DNA of 64,000 bases, from assembly GCA_002269645.1 (NCBI GenBank), contig NIVC01000939.1, positions 310,001 through 374,000 of the forward strand, read 5' to 3'. Below the pieces are notes generated by a model, which searched no databases, was not told the DNA's origin, and saw only the letters and a list, made by a program, of their open reading frames with translations. Origin of the DNA: Macrostomum lignano (taxonomy: Eukaryota). This document shows, in pieces, positions 37,523-50,600 of this stretch; positions within the stretch are counted from its first letter, which is position 1, and the number at the start of each line of letters is the position of its first letter. The position numbers and the translations under genes are program-made.

Positions 37523-38809
37523 ACTGAATCCTGAGAGTTGATTCTTTTTGACGGAGAAAATTTCGATTGAGTCCAGTTTTATAGTGAGAATTTCTGTTTC
37601 GCGGAGATGATTTTGATGGATGTCAGTTTCACGCAGAGGATTAACATGGAATCCAGTTTCACGGAAAGGATTTCTGTTTCGCGGAGAGGATTTCGAAAGG
37701 TGTCCAGTTTCACGGAGAAGATTTCTGTTTCGCAGAGAGGATTTCTGTTTCGCGGAGAGGTGTTTGATCGAGTTCTCTTTTACGGAGAGGATTTCAATTT
37801 AGTTTCGCAGAGAGGATGATAGGATTCAGTTGATACATTTCAGGGAATGGAGTTCCGGTGATGGGAATTCTTTCCCTTTCTCCTCCATCGGAGGAGTTGG
37901 CCTCGTATATACTAAAAATGTGATGTTTATATATATATATGTGATAGATTAGAGAAAAAATGGCTTAACTGATTTTCATGAGACTTGCACTGTTCGATCA
38001 GAAATTTTCCCGTGACTGTACATACATTGTGGCTAAGAAATTGCTCAATGCTAAAGGCATTAAATATTCGAAAAACATGCTTTTTTTGCAAAGGCAAGCA
38101 AACTTTTCAACTTGAAATGAATTGTAAGAATGCTAGAGAAAAAACTGACTGGTTGAATTCTGATTCTGAAATAGATTGCATCATAACTGAATTGTAACTC
38201 CGACTTGAATTGAAAATGCAGTGTGGAAGCATAGTACCAGACTTGATTTAAATTGAGTAACCATATTGTTAACTGATACTGACTAACTGAGAAACTGATT
38301 ATGTCATAACTGCTTCGTGTGATTTATTCTATGCTTGGATTTTAAAGTGTTGAATTATATAAGTGCAAAATTTGATATTATCAAAACAATGAGAGCTAGC
38401 CTAGAGGTGAACAAACTGAACTGCTAAATGAGCGACGATGGTTTGAATGTTCATAGAGTATAATTTTTTTAATTAAAGCTTTTCAACGTTAAGAAAACTA
38501 AAAGACTTTTATAAAAGAAACGTCATGTAAAAATCATAGAAGCGTCATGTAAAAAATTGTAGAAGCGTCATTTAAAAATCATAGAAGCATCATCATACAT
38601 GCGCAACAGTCGGCCGAGTCGGCCGATCCGGCCGACCGATTTGGCGGCCAACCAAGTAAGTCGCAAAATTGATTAACCGCCAAAAAAAACGAAAAAACAA
38701 AAGACGAAAAAGGGGAAAGGAAAAGGAAAAAACGAGAAAAAGGGAGCAAAGAGAAAGAGAAAAACACAAAAAGAGTTGTAAGTGCTGTAAGTTGCAGCAC
38801 TGAAGACAA

Positions 38810-39500
38810 GGTAAGTCGCACCGAGGGCGAGCTAAGTCGCACCGAGGGCAAGCTAAGTCGCAGCAGGACCGAGCTAAGTCGCATCGAGGGCGAACTAAGT
38901 CGCACCGAGCGAGAGCTAAGTCGCACTAAGGGCGAGCTAAGTCGCACCGAGGGCAAAATAAGTCGCACCGAGCGAGAGCTAAGTCGCACTAAGTCGCAGC
39001 AGGACCGAGCTAAGTCGCACCGAGGGCGAGCTAAGTCGCAGCAGGACCGAGCTAAGTCGCACCGAGGGCGAGCTAAGTCGCAGCAGGACCGAGCTAAGTC
39101 GCACCGAGGGCGAACTAAGTCGCACCGAGCGAGAGCTAAGTCGCACTAAGTCGCAGCAGGACCGAGCTAAGTCGCACCGAGGGCGAGCTAAGTCGCAGCA
39201 GGACCGAGCTAAGTCGCACCGAGGGCGAGCTAAGTCGCAGCAGGACCGAGCTAAGTCGCACCGAGGGCGAGCTAAGTCGCAGCAGGACCGAGCTAAGTCG
39301 CACCGAGGGCGAACTAAGTCGCACCGAGCGAGAGCTAAGTCGCACTAAGTCGCAGCAGGACCAAGCTAAGTCGCACCGAGGGCGAGCTAAGTCGCACCGA
39401 GCGAGAGCTAAGTCGCACCGAGGGCGAGCTAAGTCGCAGCAGGACCGAGTAAGTCGCAGCAGGGCCGAGGTAAGTCGCAGCAGGACTGAGTTAAGTCGCA
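38810..39500. repeat. 21-bp subterminal minisatellite of the hAT element
   Basis: Alternating TAAGTCGCACCGAGGGCGAGC / TAAGTCGCAGCAGGACCGAGC units. Confidence 0.93.
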
Positions 39501-39850
39501 GAGCATCTTTAGGATTATTAGGTTAGGATTAGTTTAGGATGAATTTAATGTATCACTTACTAGGGTGTAGGCTACGTGTGCATTAACGCATCAATTTGAA
39601 AAATTAAGAATTACGAAGCCAGAAATGGCTAAGGAATAGAAATAGGGATAGAATAACTTATAAGCAGTAATTTTTCAGCCCTATTACAATTGCAAATCAT
39701 ACTTTTAATAATATTTAATTAGCAAATTAAAACTGCAAGATTCTAACGGTCTTATATATGAACTTAGAAGAACTGTAGTCTTAATGATTATGCATGTACC
39801 ATTGTAATAATTGATTAAAATTGTAGCAGATTAAAACTGATAAAAAACTT

Positions 39851-42219
39851 TTAAAATAGTCCACTTAGCAAATCAGAATCAGAATCTTTATTTTCCTCGT
39901 CTACGTTGGATTCTTTTTGCCGTTGACCTCCAGGAGCATCAGAACGCCAGTGTTTTTTCAGCCAATCATTGACATAAATATCCGGCTTAAATTTCATCAG
40001 CGGAGGCCCATTTATTCGAATCCGTAGTAGATGCTCCAATGTTTTTGGTGCCAAGCGTGTTCTCCTGTCATAGGCAATGTGCTTATAGATAGAAAACCCT
40101 CTTTTAGCCTCAGCTGATGATATTGGCAAAGTTAACACAACCATAATTAGATTCTTTATTCTGGGCAGCCATTCAACAGTTCTTGTCTCTAGAAAGTGAC
40201 TCCAAAATTTCACCGGACCTTTGCCTTTGTAGGCACAGAAGTCAACACTATGCGAAGTGATCAAACTTTTTAGGAGTAGACCGAACTGACCAGAGATTGT
40301 CCTTTCTGTAGCGCGTTCTGAAGCATCTGCATCTCTAGAGTCTGAATCAGAAAGATGGTCCTCTGTTTCAGATTCAGAGCTGTCATCTTCCATTCCAAAC
40401 CGTCTAGCAAGAGGTATGATTCTCGAACTGTATGTAAAGACAGTATGTAATGTTTCAGCATTAGGCAATAACACTGGGTTGAGCACATTAAATATTGAGT
40501 AGTCATCCTCAGGAAAATAATTACGCAGCTGATCAATTATGCTATCAATGATTCGACTGCGAATCTCATCCAGTGCTGGATAAGCTCCCATGTCAACAAC
40601 ACTGCCACGTCCACTAGCATCAAATAATCTATTTCTTAGAGATCTGTCTGCAGCAGAACCTGGTTGCTTCAACTCAAACCTCTCTGTTGGATCGCTGCTT
40701 CCAGGGCCGGAAGGACAAGCAAAGTTAGAATAAGATAGGTCTCTTGTGTGACATCCTGAATGGTATTCCAGCTGCGGATATCCATCTGCAGTTCCCAAAA
40801 CTCGACGACACTTGCAGGAAGCCAAAAAGTCCACAATGCGAGGACCATTGTTCGTTTTTAAGGTTTCTAGTGAATGGATAAGGTTAGTGTGGCGTTCTTG
40901 CAAGCCAATAAATGTACCCTTGGCTCTTTGAAACTGCAAGGACTCAAATTCCAGTAATTTTAGAATGTCCATGAGAAATAGATGTAATGAATAATACCGG
41001 ACATTTTGCAATGTTTTCAATAATCCAGAGGCAGTTGCTTTACTTTCGTCATCAAAGCCTGAGGAAGGTGATTTGATATTTTCTAAATTTGTCAGAAGCA
41101 AGTAGTATGACTTTCGAATCACATCAAGAGCAGACACTTCCGATGCAACCCACCTGATACGATATATTCTTTTTAATTCATAGAAAACCAAGTTGAGTGC
41201 TTCCGAAGTTTGTGCCAAAGATGCCTTACGTTTAACAGCGTGGCTCATATAAAATTTGTGTAGAGAATTTATATTCTTATCGAGATGTTGCATAAATGGG
41301 AAGATTTCAAAGGCATGATAGATTGAAAGTTCTAACTTATGCGCTGCACAATGGTGCTGAAAAAATTGTTTGCTAGCCCAAGGCCTCAGTTGACTTATTA
41401 ATCCCACTCGACTTCCTGTCATTACGGATGCACCATCAGTTGTCACCCCCCATAGCCTTCGTTTGATTTCATCTTCTAGCTTGTCATCCGAAAATAAACG
41501 GATGAGAAGTTCATAAATGCTTCGTCCAGTCTCTACTTCAGTCAGACGTTTAAACCAATAAAAAAACATCAAAGGTTGGCTGTTTTCAAGAACTCTGAAG
41601 TATATCATGACGTAGCTGTTTGAATGAATATCAGACGTTGTATCTAGTACAATAGAAATCGGAAGGTTGTCAGCACTTTTAATGCAATTCACAAATGTCC
41701 GATGCATTGTATTACTGATTGATTCCACCATTGCTGCGGCACTTTTGCGATGCTTATGATGGCTCCCCATATCCAACCCATTTTTTACTTGTAAATCAAT
41801 CATATTTGGATGAGCACTGAATGGAATATTAGATTTGACTTCGGCGAAAAAACTGTTGTCAAAACTCGGGCTGTTATTTCATCTTGTTTAGTTTTAGCTA
41901 GTCTAGCGGCCTCATTCATCTGTTTGAGTTGCTTTGCAAGAACTGAAGTATGTTTTTCCTTCATCCACTTTATGGCGTCACTGTGAAGTGTATTTGATGA
42001 ATGTTCCTGTAGTTTTCTTCGTACGCTATCTTTTGCATGACCTTTGGGAATGTAGCCTTGTTCTGTTGCAAAAGTTAACTTACGTTGGCTCTCTAGATTT
42101 GTCTCCTTTTTCTTATGTGCATTCAAAAATTTTCTGCAGATCCGACATTGTATTCCAGATCTTGATAGATCTTCGGTGTTTTGAACATATTGAAACCATG
42201 TCTTCATTTCTTGTGACAC
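39851..42219 (-). CDS. hAT (ZNF862-like) transposase: zinc-finger part 41800-42219 joined by a single frameshift to the 650-aa catalytic part 39851-41803
   Basis: SIVLDTTSD, GVTTDGASVM, HCAAHKLEL, RWVA and dimerisation region LPISSAEAKRGFS. Upstream W...CRIC...H...H zinc-finger pattern. Frameshift in the A6 run at 41847-41852. Confidence 0.85.
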
Positions 42220-44685
42220 AAATTTTCTTGAAAATGATCTGCAATGGTCAAATTAGAGAATATTTTGGGATTTGGACTATTTGTGAGTATCTAAAAGCAA
42301 TATGCTAATAAGTGCAATACACAATACACTATACATTAATTTACAGTTCGTCAGTTTCCATTTACTTACTGTGACTGGTGCATCTCCAAAGAATGTAACC
42401 ACTCCTCTCGAAAACCAGATGTATCCTCCCAGTCCTTTTTAGGGAAAACTTCAATATTTTCGCCCATCATAGAGGAAGACGAGGGCTTTGATGCTGAAGT
42501 GGCTAGACATGCGTCTGCAGATGTGCTTATGCATGGTATTTTTCTTTGCGATGGCCCTGCTTCTGCAGTATTTACTTGTACTATTTCAACATCACCTGAA
42601 CCCCTTGAGTCGCTCGAATCTAAATCAACAATAGGACTTTGGCAAAGTGATCGTTTCGTTGATTGTCTTTGAATATTTACTTGCCTAATAATTTCCACTT
42701 GTAGTTTGCTTGTTTGCTGGTCATTCTCCAACAACTCTCTTCTTTCCTGTACATTTGCAGCAGAGCAAAAATTAGAAGTTTCTGCAGCAGCAGTTTGAAC
42801 AGCATGATCTCGATTAGCTGCTATTTGCTCTGAAAATTCATAGGACCTGGCCAATTCACTACGGTGTGAGCTTTCAGAACATGGAGCTGGAGCAGGAGCT
42901 AGTCGCATTTCGATTCTTTCTGTTGCTGATGAAGCAGATGCTAATGCTGAGTCTGCCAATGTACATGCTTCTCTTGAAGGTGTATTTATGATGGCTTCAA
43001 TATTGTCCTCTAAAATCCAATGAGCACCTGAGCAGTCATTTTATCTACCTGGAGTCAACTGTCCAAGTTTCCACCTTGTAAAAAGCAAAGGCTTTCGTAA
43101 CTCACTGCTGGATTCAGGGCACCGGTTTATTGAATAGTCCTCATGACCAAGTTCATCCCATTCTCTTGCTGGCTTTAAGATGTAGTTGGGCTTGTCTCTT
43201 AGCCTACGATAAATGGACTCAAAAATGTGCACCTGTTATTGTTCCTAATAATTTCAGCTAATGAGTTATCAATGATAATTTTATCTTCATAAACAGGTCT
43301 TCTTTGTGTTGCATGCATTTTAGCTAGTCGCAGTTTTCCAATGCTACTGGCAGTTGTGGAACTTGAACTGTCCGATTCTGATCTAGAAAAGTCTCGTTGA
43401 TACAAGAGAATAATGGCCATAGCACTTTTACCATTCCCATTCTTTAATGCATTTGGTTCTGTTGGAATTGTCTTACTAGCAGACTTGAAAAAATCAATGA
43501 TGGATGACTGCGATGATCTACTAGGAGCAGAACTTGGCAGCCCATGTCTAGTTTTTCCCTGATACCCAATAGATGTATCGGTAAAAAACATATCTGCTGC
43601 TTCCTGCTTCCCTTTTGATGCAATAACAAAGAAACTGCTGTCCGTTTTGAAGCCCGAGGACCGATAGAAGTCAGCAGAAAATGAAACCACAGGTCGTCTA
43701 AAATCGCCGCTATATTCTTGAACTCCAATCAGAAGAAAATCATGGAGTCTCACTGGCACTGATCCTAATAGCATTGCAGTTGTAGAACAAACTTTCTTTA
43801 GCTCAATGAACTCTGAAAATTCTTGAGATCCAATATTAGGCTCATCAGTATTTAACTCATTTATAACAATTGAGCACTCACTCTCAGCTAGAATACCATT
43901 GATAGCTAGGATGCCACTTAGAAATTAGGCAAAGACAACTAAGGCTGTACATCATTCTGTGAAAGATTAAGTCGAGTATATGATTTTGGTGATAAAATAA
44001 AATTGATTTATGAGTATTACTATATAAATAAAACATTTAAAAGCCCTTACCTTTACCAATTCATGTACAGAAAGTAAGTGTAAATACAACCAATTGCCTT
44101 GGTAGTTTAGTTATATGCTCGTATCAGATGCAGGCAGACAGCATAGGCTGCCAAGGTGCTATAAGTTAAGGTTAACTTTCACTATTTGGCTTTACAGACT
44201 GCTTTTATCGCTGCATGCATTGACTTAGCCTTAGCTTGTGCCATCATACTCATACAGCTATATATACATATGTATCTCTGCCACTCCCCACTTTTGCAAC
44301 CTTACACTGTACAATCATGCCTAAAACACTCCGTGTCAAGTGTACTGTTCTAGTGCCACATGGGGTACAAATACGATAAGGAATGACAAGAGTCAAAACC
44401 ATACATGCACAATAGTTGGCCGATATGGACGACTGATTTGGCGGCCAACCAAGGTAAGTTGCAAAAATGCCCACCCAAATAAATACCAAAGTAGTATTAA
44501 GTAGCTGACGAAGCATTTTGCCTTAATAAAGAAAGTCATAGTTACTCCTGCCGTTTACCCAAAGTTGCGTTAATTTTGCTTTCAGGTTTTTTCATGTAAG
44601 TCGCATTTTTGGCCGAAAACTACGTCGCATTTTTGTTAAAACTAAGTCGCACGGCCGACCAAATTTTGGAGGTTGCGCATGTATG

Positions 44686-47600
44686 AGCATCATATAAAAA
44701 TCATAGATGTGTCATTTAAAAAATCATAGAAGCGTCATGTAAACAATCATAGAAGCATCATGTAAAAATCATAGAAGCGCCATGTAAAAATCATAGAAGC
44801 GTCATGTAAACAATCATAGAAGTGTCATTTAAAAAATCATAGAAGCGTCATGTAAACAATCATAGAAGCGTCATGTAAAAAATTGTAGAAGCATCATGTA
44901 AAAAATCATAGAAGTGTCATGTAAAAAATTGTAGAAGTGTCATTTAAAAATCATAGAAGCGCAATTTAAAAAATCATAGAAGCGTCATGTAAACAATCAT
45001 AAAAGCATCATGTAAAAAATTGTAGAAGCGTCATTTAAAAATCATAGAAGCGCAATTTAAAAAAATCATAGAAGCATCATGTAAACAATCATAGAAGCAT
45101 CATGTAAAAAATCATAGAAGCATCATGTAAACAATCATAGAAGCGTCATGTAAAAAATCATAGAAGCGTCATTTACACAATCATAGAAGCGTCATTTAAA
45201 CAATCATAGAAGCATCATGTAAAAAACCGTAGAAGCGTCATATAAAATCATAGATGCGTCATTTAAAAAATCATAGAAGTGTCATTTAAACAATCATAGA
45301 AGCGTCATTTACACAATCATAGAAGTGTCATTTAAACAATCATAGAAGTGTCATGTAAACAATCATAGAAGCGTCATGTAAACAGTCATAGAAGCGTCAT
45401 TTAAAAAATCATAGAAGTGTCATGTAAAAAATCATAGAAGCGTCATGTAAACAATCATAGAAGTGTCATGTAAAAAATTGTAGAAGCGTCATTTAAAAAT
45501 CATAGAAGCGCAATTTAAAAAATCATAGAAGCGTCATGTAAAAAACCATAGAAGCGTCATGTAAAAAATCAAAGAAGCGTCATGTAAAAATTGTAGAAGC
45601 GTCATATAAAAATCATAGAAACATCATTTAAAAAATCATAGAAGCATCATGTAAACAATCATAGAAGCATTATGTAAAAAATTGTAGAAGCGTCATTTAA
45701 AAATCATAGAAGCGCAATTTAAAAAATCATAAAAGCATCATGTAAACAATCATAGAAGCGTCATGTAAAAAATCATAGAAGCGTCATGTAAAAATTCATA
45801 GAAGCGTCATGTAAAAAATCATAGAAGCGTCATATAAAAAATCGTAAAAGTGTCAAAAAAACATAGAAACGTCATTTAAAAAATCATAGAAGCCTCATGT
45901 AAACAATCATAGAAGCATCATGTAAACAATCATAGAAGTGTCATGCAAAAAATCATAAAAGTGTCATATAAAATATCATAGAAGTGTCATTAAAAAATCA
46001 TAGAAGCGTCATGTAAACAATCATAGAAGCATCATGTAAAAATCTTAGAAGCGCCATGTAAAATCATAGAAGCGTCATGTAAACAATCATAGAAGTGTCA
46101 TTTAAAAAATCATAGAAGCGTCATATAAACAATCATAGAAGCGTCATGTAAAAAATTGTAGAAGTGTCATGTAAAAAATCAGAAAAGCGTCATGTAAACA
46201 ATTATAGAAGCGTCATTTACACAATCATAGAAGCGTCATTTAAACAATCATAGAAGCATCATGTAAAAAACTGTAGAAGCGTCATATAAAATCATAGATG
46301 CGTCATTTAAAAAATCATAGAAGCGTCATTTAAATAATCATAAAAGCGTCATGTAAACAATCATAGAAGCGTCATGTAAACAGTCATAGAAGCGTCATTT
46401 AAAAAATCATAGGAGTGTCATGTAAAAAATCATAGAAGCATCATGTAAACAATTATAGAAGCGTCATGTAAAAAATCATAGAAGTGTCATGTAAACAATC
46501 ATAGAAGCGTCATTTAAAAATCATAGAAGCGCAATTTAAAAATCATAGAAGCACAATTTAAAAAATCATAGAAGCGTCATGTAAAAAATCATAGAAGCGT
46601 CATGTAAAAAATCATAGAAGCGTCATGTAAAAAATTGTAGAAGCGTCATATAAAAATCATAGAAACGTCATTTAAAAAATCATAGAAGCGTCATTTAAAC
46701 AATCATAGAAGCGTCATGTAAACAATCATAGAAGCGTCATGTAAACAGTCATAGAAGTGTCATTTAAAAAATCATAGAAGTGTCATGTAAAAAATCATAG
46801 AAGCGTCATGTAAACAATCATAGAAGCGTCATGTAAAAAATCGTAGAAGCGTCATTTAAAAATCATAGAAGTGCAATTTAAAAAATCATAGAAGCGTCAT
46901 GTAAACAATCATAGAAGCGTCATGTAAAAAATCATAGAAGCGTCATGTAAAAAATCATAGAAGCGTCATGTAAAGAATCATAGAAGCATCATATAAAAAA
47001 TCATAGAAGCATCATGTAAACAATCATAGAAGCGTCATGTAAAAAACCGTAGAAGCGTCATATAAAATCATAGATGTGTCATTTAAAAAAATCATAGAAG
47101 CCTCATGTAAACAATCATAGAAGCGTCATGTAAACAATCATAGAAGTGTCATGCAAAAAATCATAAAAGCGTCATATAAAATATCATAAAAGTATCATGT
47201 AAACAATCATAGAAGCGTCATGTAAAAAATCATAGAAGTGTCATGTAAAAAATTGTAGAAGCGTCATTTAAAAATCATAGAAGCGCAGTTTAAAAATCAT
47301 AGAAGCGCAATTTAAAAAATCATAGAAGCGTCATGTAAAAAATCATAGAAGCGTCATGTAAAAAATCATAGAAGCGTCATGTAAAAAATTGTAGAAGCGT
47401 CATATAAAAATCATAGAAACGTCATTTAAAAAATCATAGAAGCGTCATGTAAACAATCATAGAAGTGTCATGTAAAAAATCGTAGAAGCGTCATTTTAAA
47501 ATCATAGAAGCGCAATTTAAAAAATCATAGAAGCGTCATGCAAAAAATCATAGAAGTGTCATGTAAACAATCATAGAAGCGTCATGTAAACAATCATAGA

Positions 47601-50600
47601 AGCGTCATGTAAAAAATTGTAGAAGCTTCATATAAAAATCATAGAAACGTCATTTAAAAAATCATAGAAGCATCATGTAAACAATCATAGAAGCGTCATG
47701 TAAAAAATTGTAGAAGTGTCATTTAAAAATCATAGAAGCACAATTTAAAAAATCATAGAAGCATCATGTAAACAATCATAGAAGCGTCATGTAAAAAACC
47801 GTAAAAGCGTCATATAAAATCATAGATGGTTCATTTAAAAAATCATAGAAGCGTCATTTAAACAATCATAGAAGCGTCATGTAAACAATCATAGAAGCGT
47901 CATGTAAACAGTCATAGAAGCGTCATTTAAAAAATCATAGAAGTGTCATGTAAAAAATCATAGAAGCGTCATGTAAACAATCATAGAAGTGTCATGTAAA
48001 AAATTGTAGAAGCGTCATTTAAAAATCATAGAAGCGCAATTTAAAAAATCATAGAAGCGTCATGTAAAAAACCATAGAAGCGTCATGTAAAAAATCAAAG
48101 AAGCGTCATGTAAAAATTGTAAAAGCGTCATATAAAAATCATAGAAACGTCATTTAAAAAATCATAGAAGCATCATGTAAACAATCATAGAAGCATCATG
48201 TAAAAAATTGTAGAAGCGTCATTTAAAAATCATAGAAGCGCAATTTAAAAAATCATAAAAGCATCATGTAAACAATCATAGAAGCGTCATGTAAAAAATC
48301 ATAGAAGCGTCATGTAAAAATTCATAGAAGCATCATGTAAAAAATCATAGAAGCGTCATATAAAAAATCGTAAAAGTGTCAAAAAAAACATAGAAACGTC
48401 ATTTAAAAAATCATAGAAGCCTCATGTAAACAATCATAGAAGCATCATGTAAACAATCATAGAAGTGTCATGCAAAAAATCATAAAAGTGTCATATAAAA
48501 TATCATAGAAGTGTCATTAAAAAATCATAGAAGCGTCATGTAAACAATCATAGAAGCATCATGTAAAAATCTTAGAAGCGCCATGTAAAATCATAGAAGC
48601 GTCATGTAAACAATCATAGAAGTGTCATTTAAAAAATCATAGAAGCGTCATATAAACAATCATAGAAGCGTCATGTAAAAAATTGTAGAAGCGTCATGTA
48701 AAAAATCAGAAAAGCGTCATGTAAACAATTATAGAAGCGTCATTTACACAATCATAGAAGCGTCATTTAAACAATCATAGAAGCATCATGTAAAAAACTG
48801 TAGAAGCGTCATATAAAATCATAGATGCGTCATTTAAAAAATCATAGAAGCGTCATTTAAATAATCATAGAAGCGTCATGTAAACAATCATAGAAGCGTC
48901 ATGTAAACAGTCATAGAAGCGTCATTTAAAAAATCATAGGAGTGTCATGTAAAAAATCATAGAAGCATCATGTAAACAATTATAGAAGCGTCATGTAAAA
49001 AATCATAGAAGTGTCATGTAAACAATCATAGAAGCGTCATTTAAAAATCATAGAAGCGCAATTTAAAAATCATAGAAGCGCAATTTAAAAAATCATAGAA
49101 GCGTCATGTAAAAAATCATAGAAGCGTCATGTAAAAAATCATAGAAGCGTCATGTAAAAAATTGTAGAAGCGTCATATAAAAATCATAGAAACGTCATTT
49201 AAAAAATCATAGAAGCGTCATTTAAACAATCATAGAAGCGTCATGTAAACAATCATAGAAGCGTCATGTAAACAGTCATAGAAGCGTCATTTAAAAAATC
49301 ATAGAAGTGTCATGTAAAAAATCATAGAAGCGTCATGTAAACAATCATAGAAGCGTCATGTAAAAAATCGTAGAAGCGTCATTTAAAAATTATAGAAGTG
49401 CAATTTAAAAAATCATAGAAGCGTCATGTAAACAATCATAGAAGCGTCATGTAAAAAATCATAGAAGCGTCATGTAAAAAATCATAGAAGCGTCATGTAA
49501 AGAATCATAGAAGCATCATATAAAAAATCATAGAAGCATCATGTAAACAATCATAGAAGCGTCATGTAAAAAACCGTAGAAGCGTCATATAAAATCATAG
49601 ATGTGTCATTTAAAAAATCATAGAAGCCTCATGTAAACAATCATAGAAGCGTCATGTAAACAATCATAGAAGTGTCATGCAAAAAATCATAAAAGCGTCA
49701 TATAAAATATCATAGAAGTGTCATGTAAACAATCATAGAAGCATCATGTAAACAATCATAGAAGCGTCATGTAAAAAATCATAGAAGTGTCATGTAAAAA
49801 ATTGTAGAAGCGTCATTTAAAAATCATAGAAGCGCAGTTTAAAAATCATAGAAGCGCAATTTAAAAAATCATAGAAGCGTCATGTAAAAAATCATAGAAG
49901 CGTCATGTAAAAAATCATAGAAGCGTCATGTAAAAAATTGTAGAAGCGTCATATAAAAATCATAGAAACGTCATTTAAAAAATCATAGAAGCGTCATGTA
50001 AACAATCATAGAAGTGTCATGTAAAAAATCGTAGAAGCGTCATTTTAAAATCATAGAAGCGCAATTTAAAAAATCATAGAAGCGTCATGCAAAAAATCAT
50101 AGAAGTGTCATGTAAACAATCATAGAAGCGTCATGTAAACAATCATAGAAGCGTCATGTAAAAAATTGTAGAAGCTTCATATAAAAATCATAGAAACGTC
50201 ATTTAAAAAATCATAGAAGCATCATGTAAACAATCATAGAAGCGTCATGTAAAAAATTGTAGAAGTGTCATTTAAAAATCATAGAAGCACAATTTAAAAA
50301 ATCATAGAAGCATCATGTAAACAATCATAGAAGCGTCATGTAAAAAACCGTAAAAGCGTCATATAAAATCATAGATGGTTCATTTAAAAAATCATAGAAG
50401 CGTCATTTAAACAATCATAGAAGCGTCATGTAAACAATCATAGAAGCGTCATGTAAACAGTCATAGAAGCGTCATTTAAAAAATCATAGAAGTGTCATGT
50501 AAAAAATCATAGAAGCGTCATGTAAACAATCATAGAAGCGTCATGTAAAAAATCATAGAAGCGTCATGTAAAAATTGTAGAAGCGTCATATAAAAATCAT

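Larger units (their letters stand above)
38594..44685 (-). mobile_element. Full-length hAT DNA transposon, 6092 bp
   Basis: Perfect 14-bp TIRs CATACATGCGCAAC, perfect 8-bp TSD AGCATCAT (38586-38593, 44686-44693), internal transposase. Inserted into the first units of the 23-bp satellite. Confidence 0.95.
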
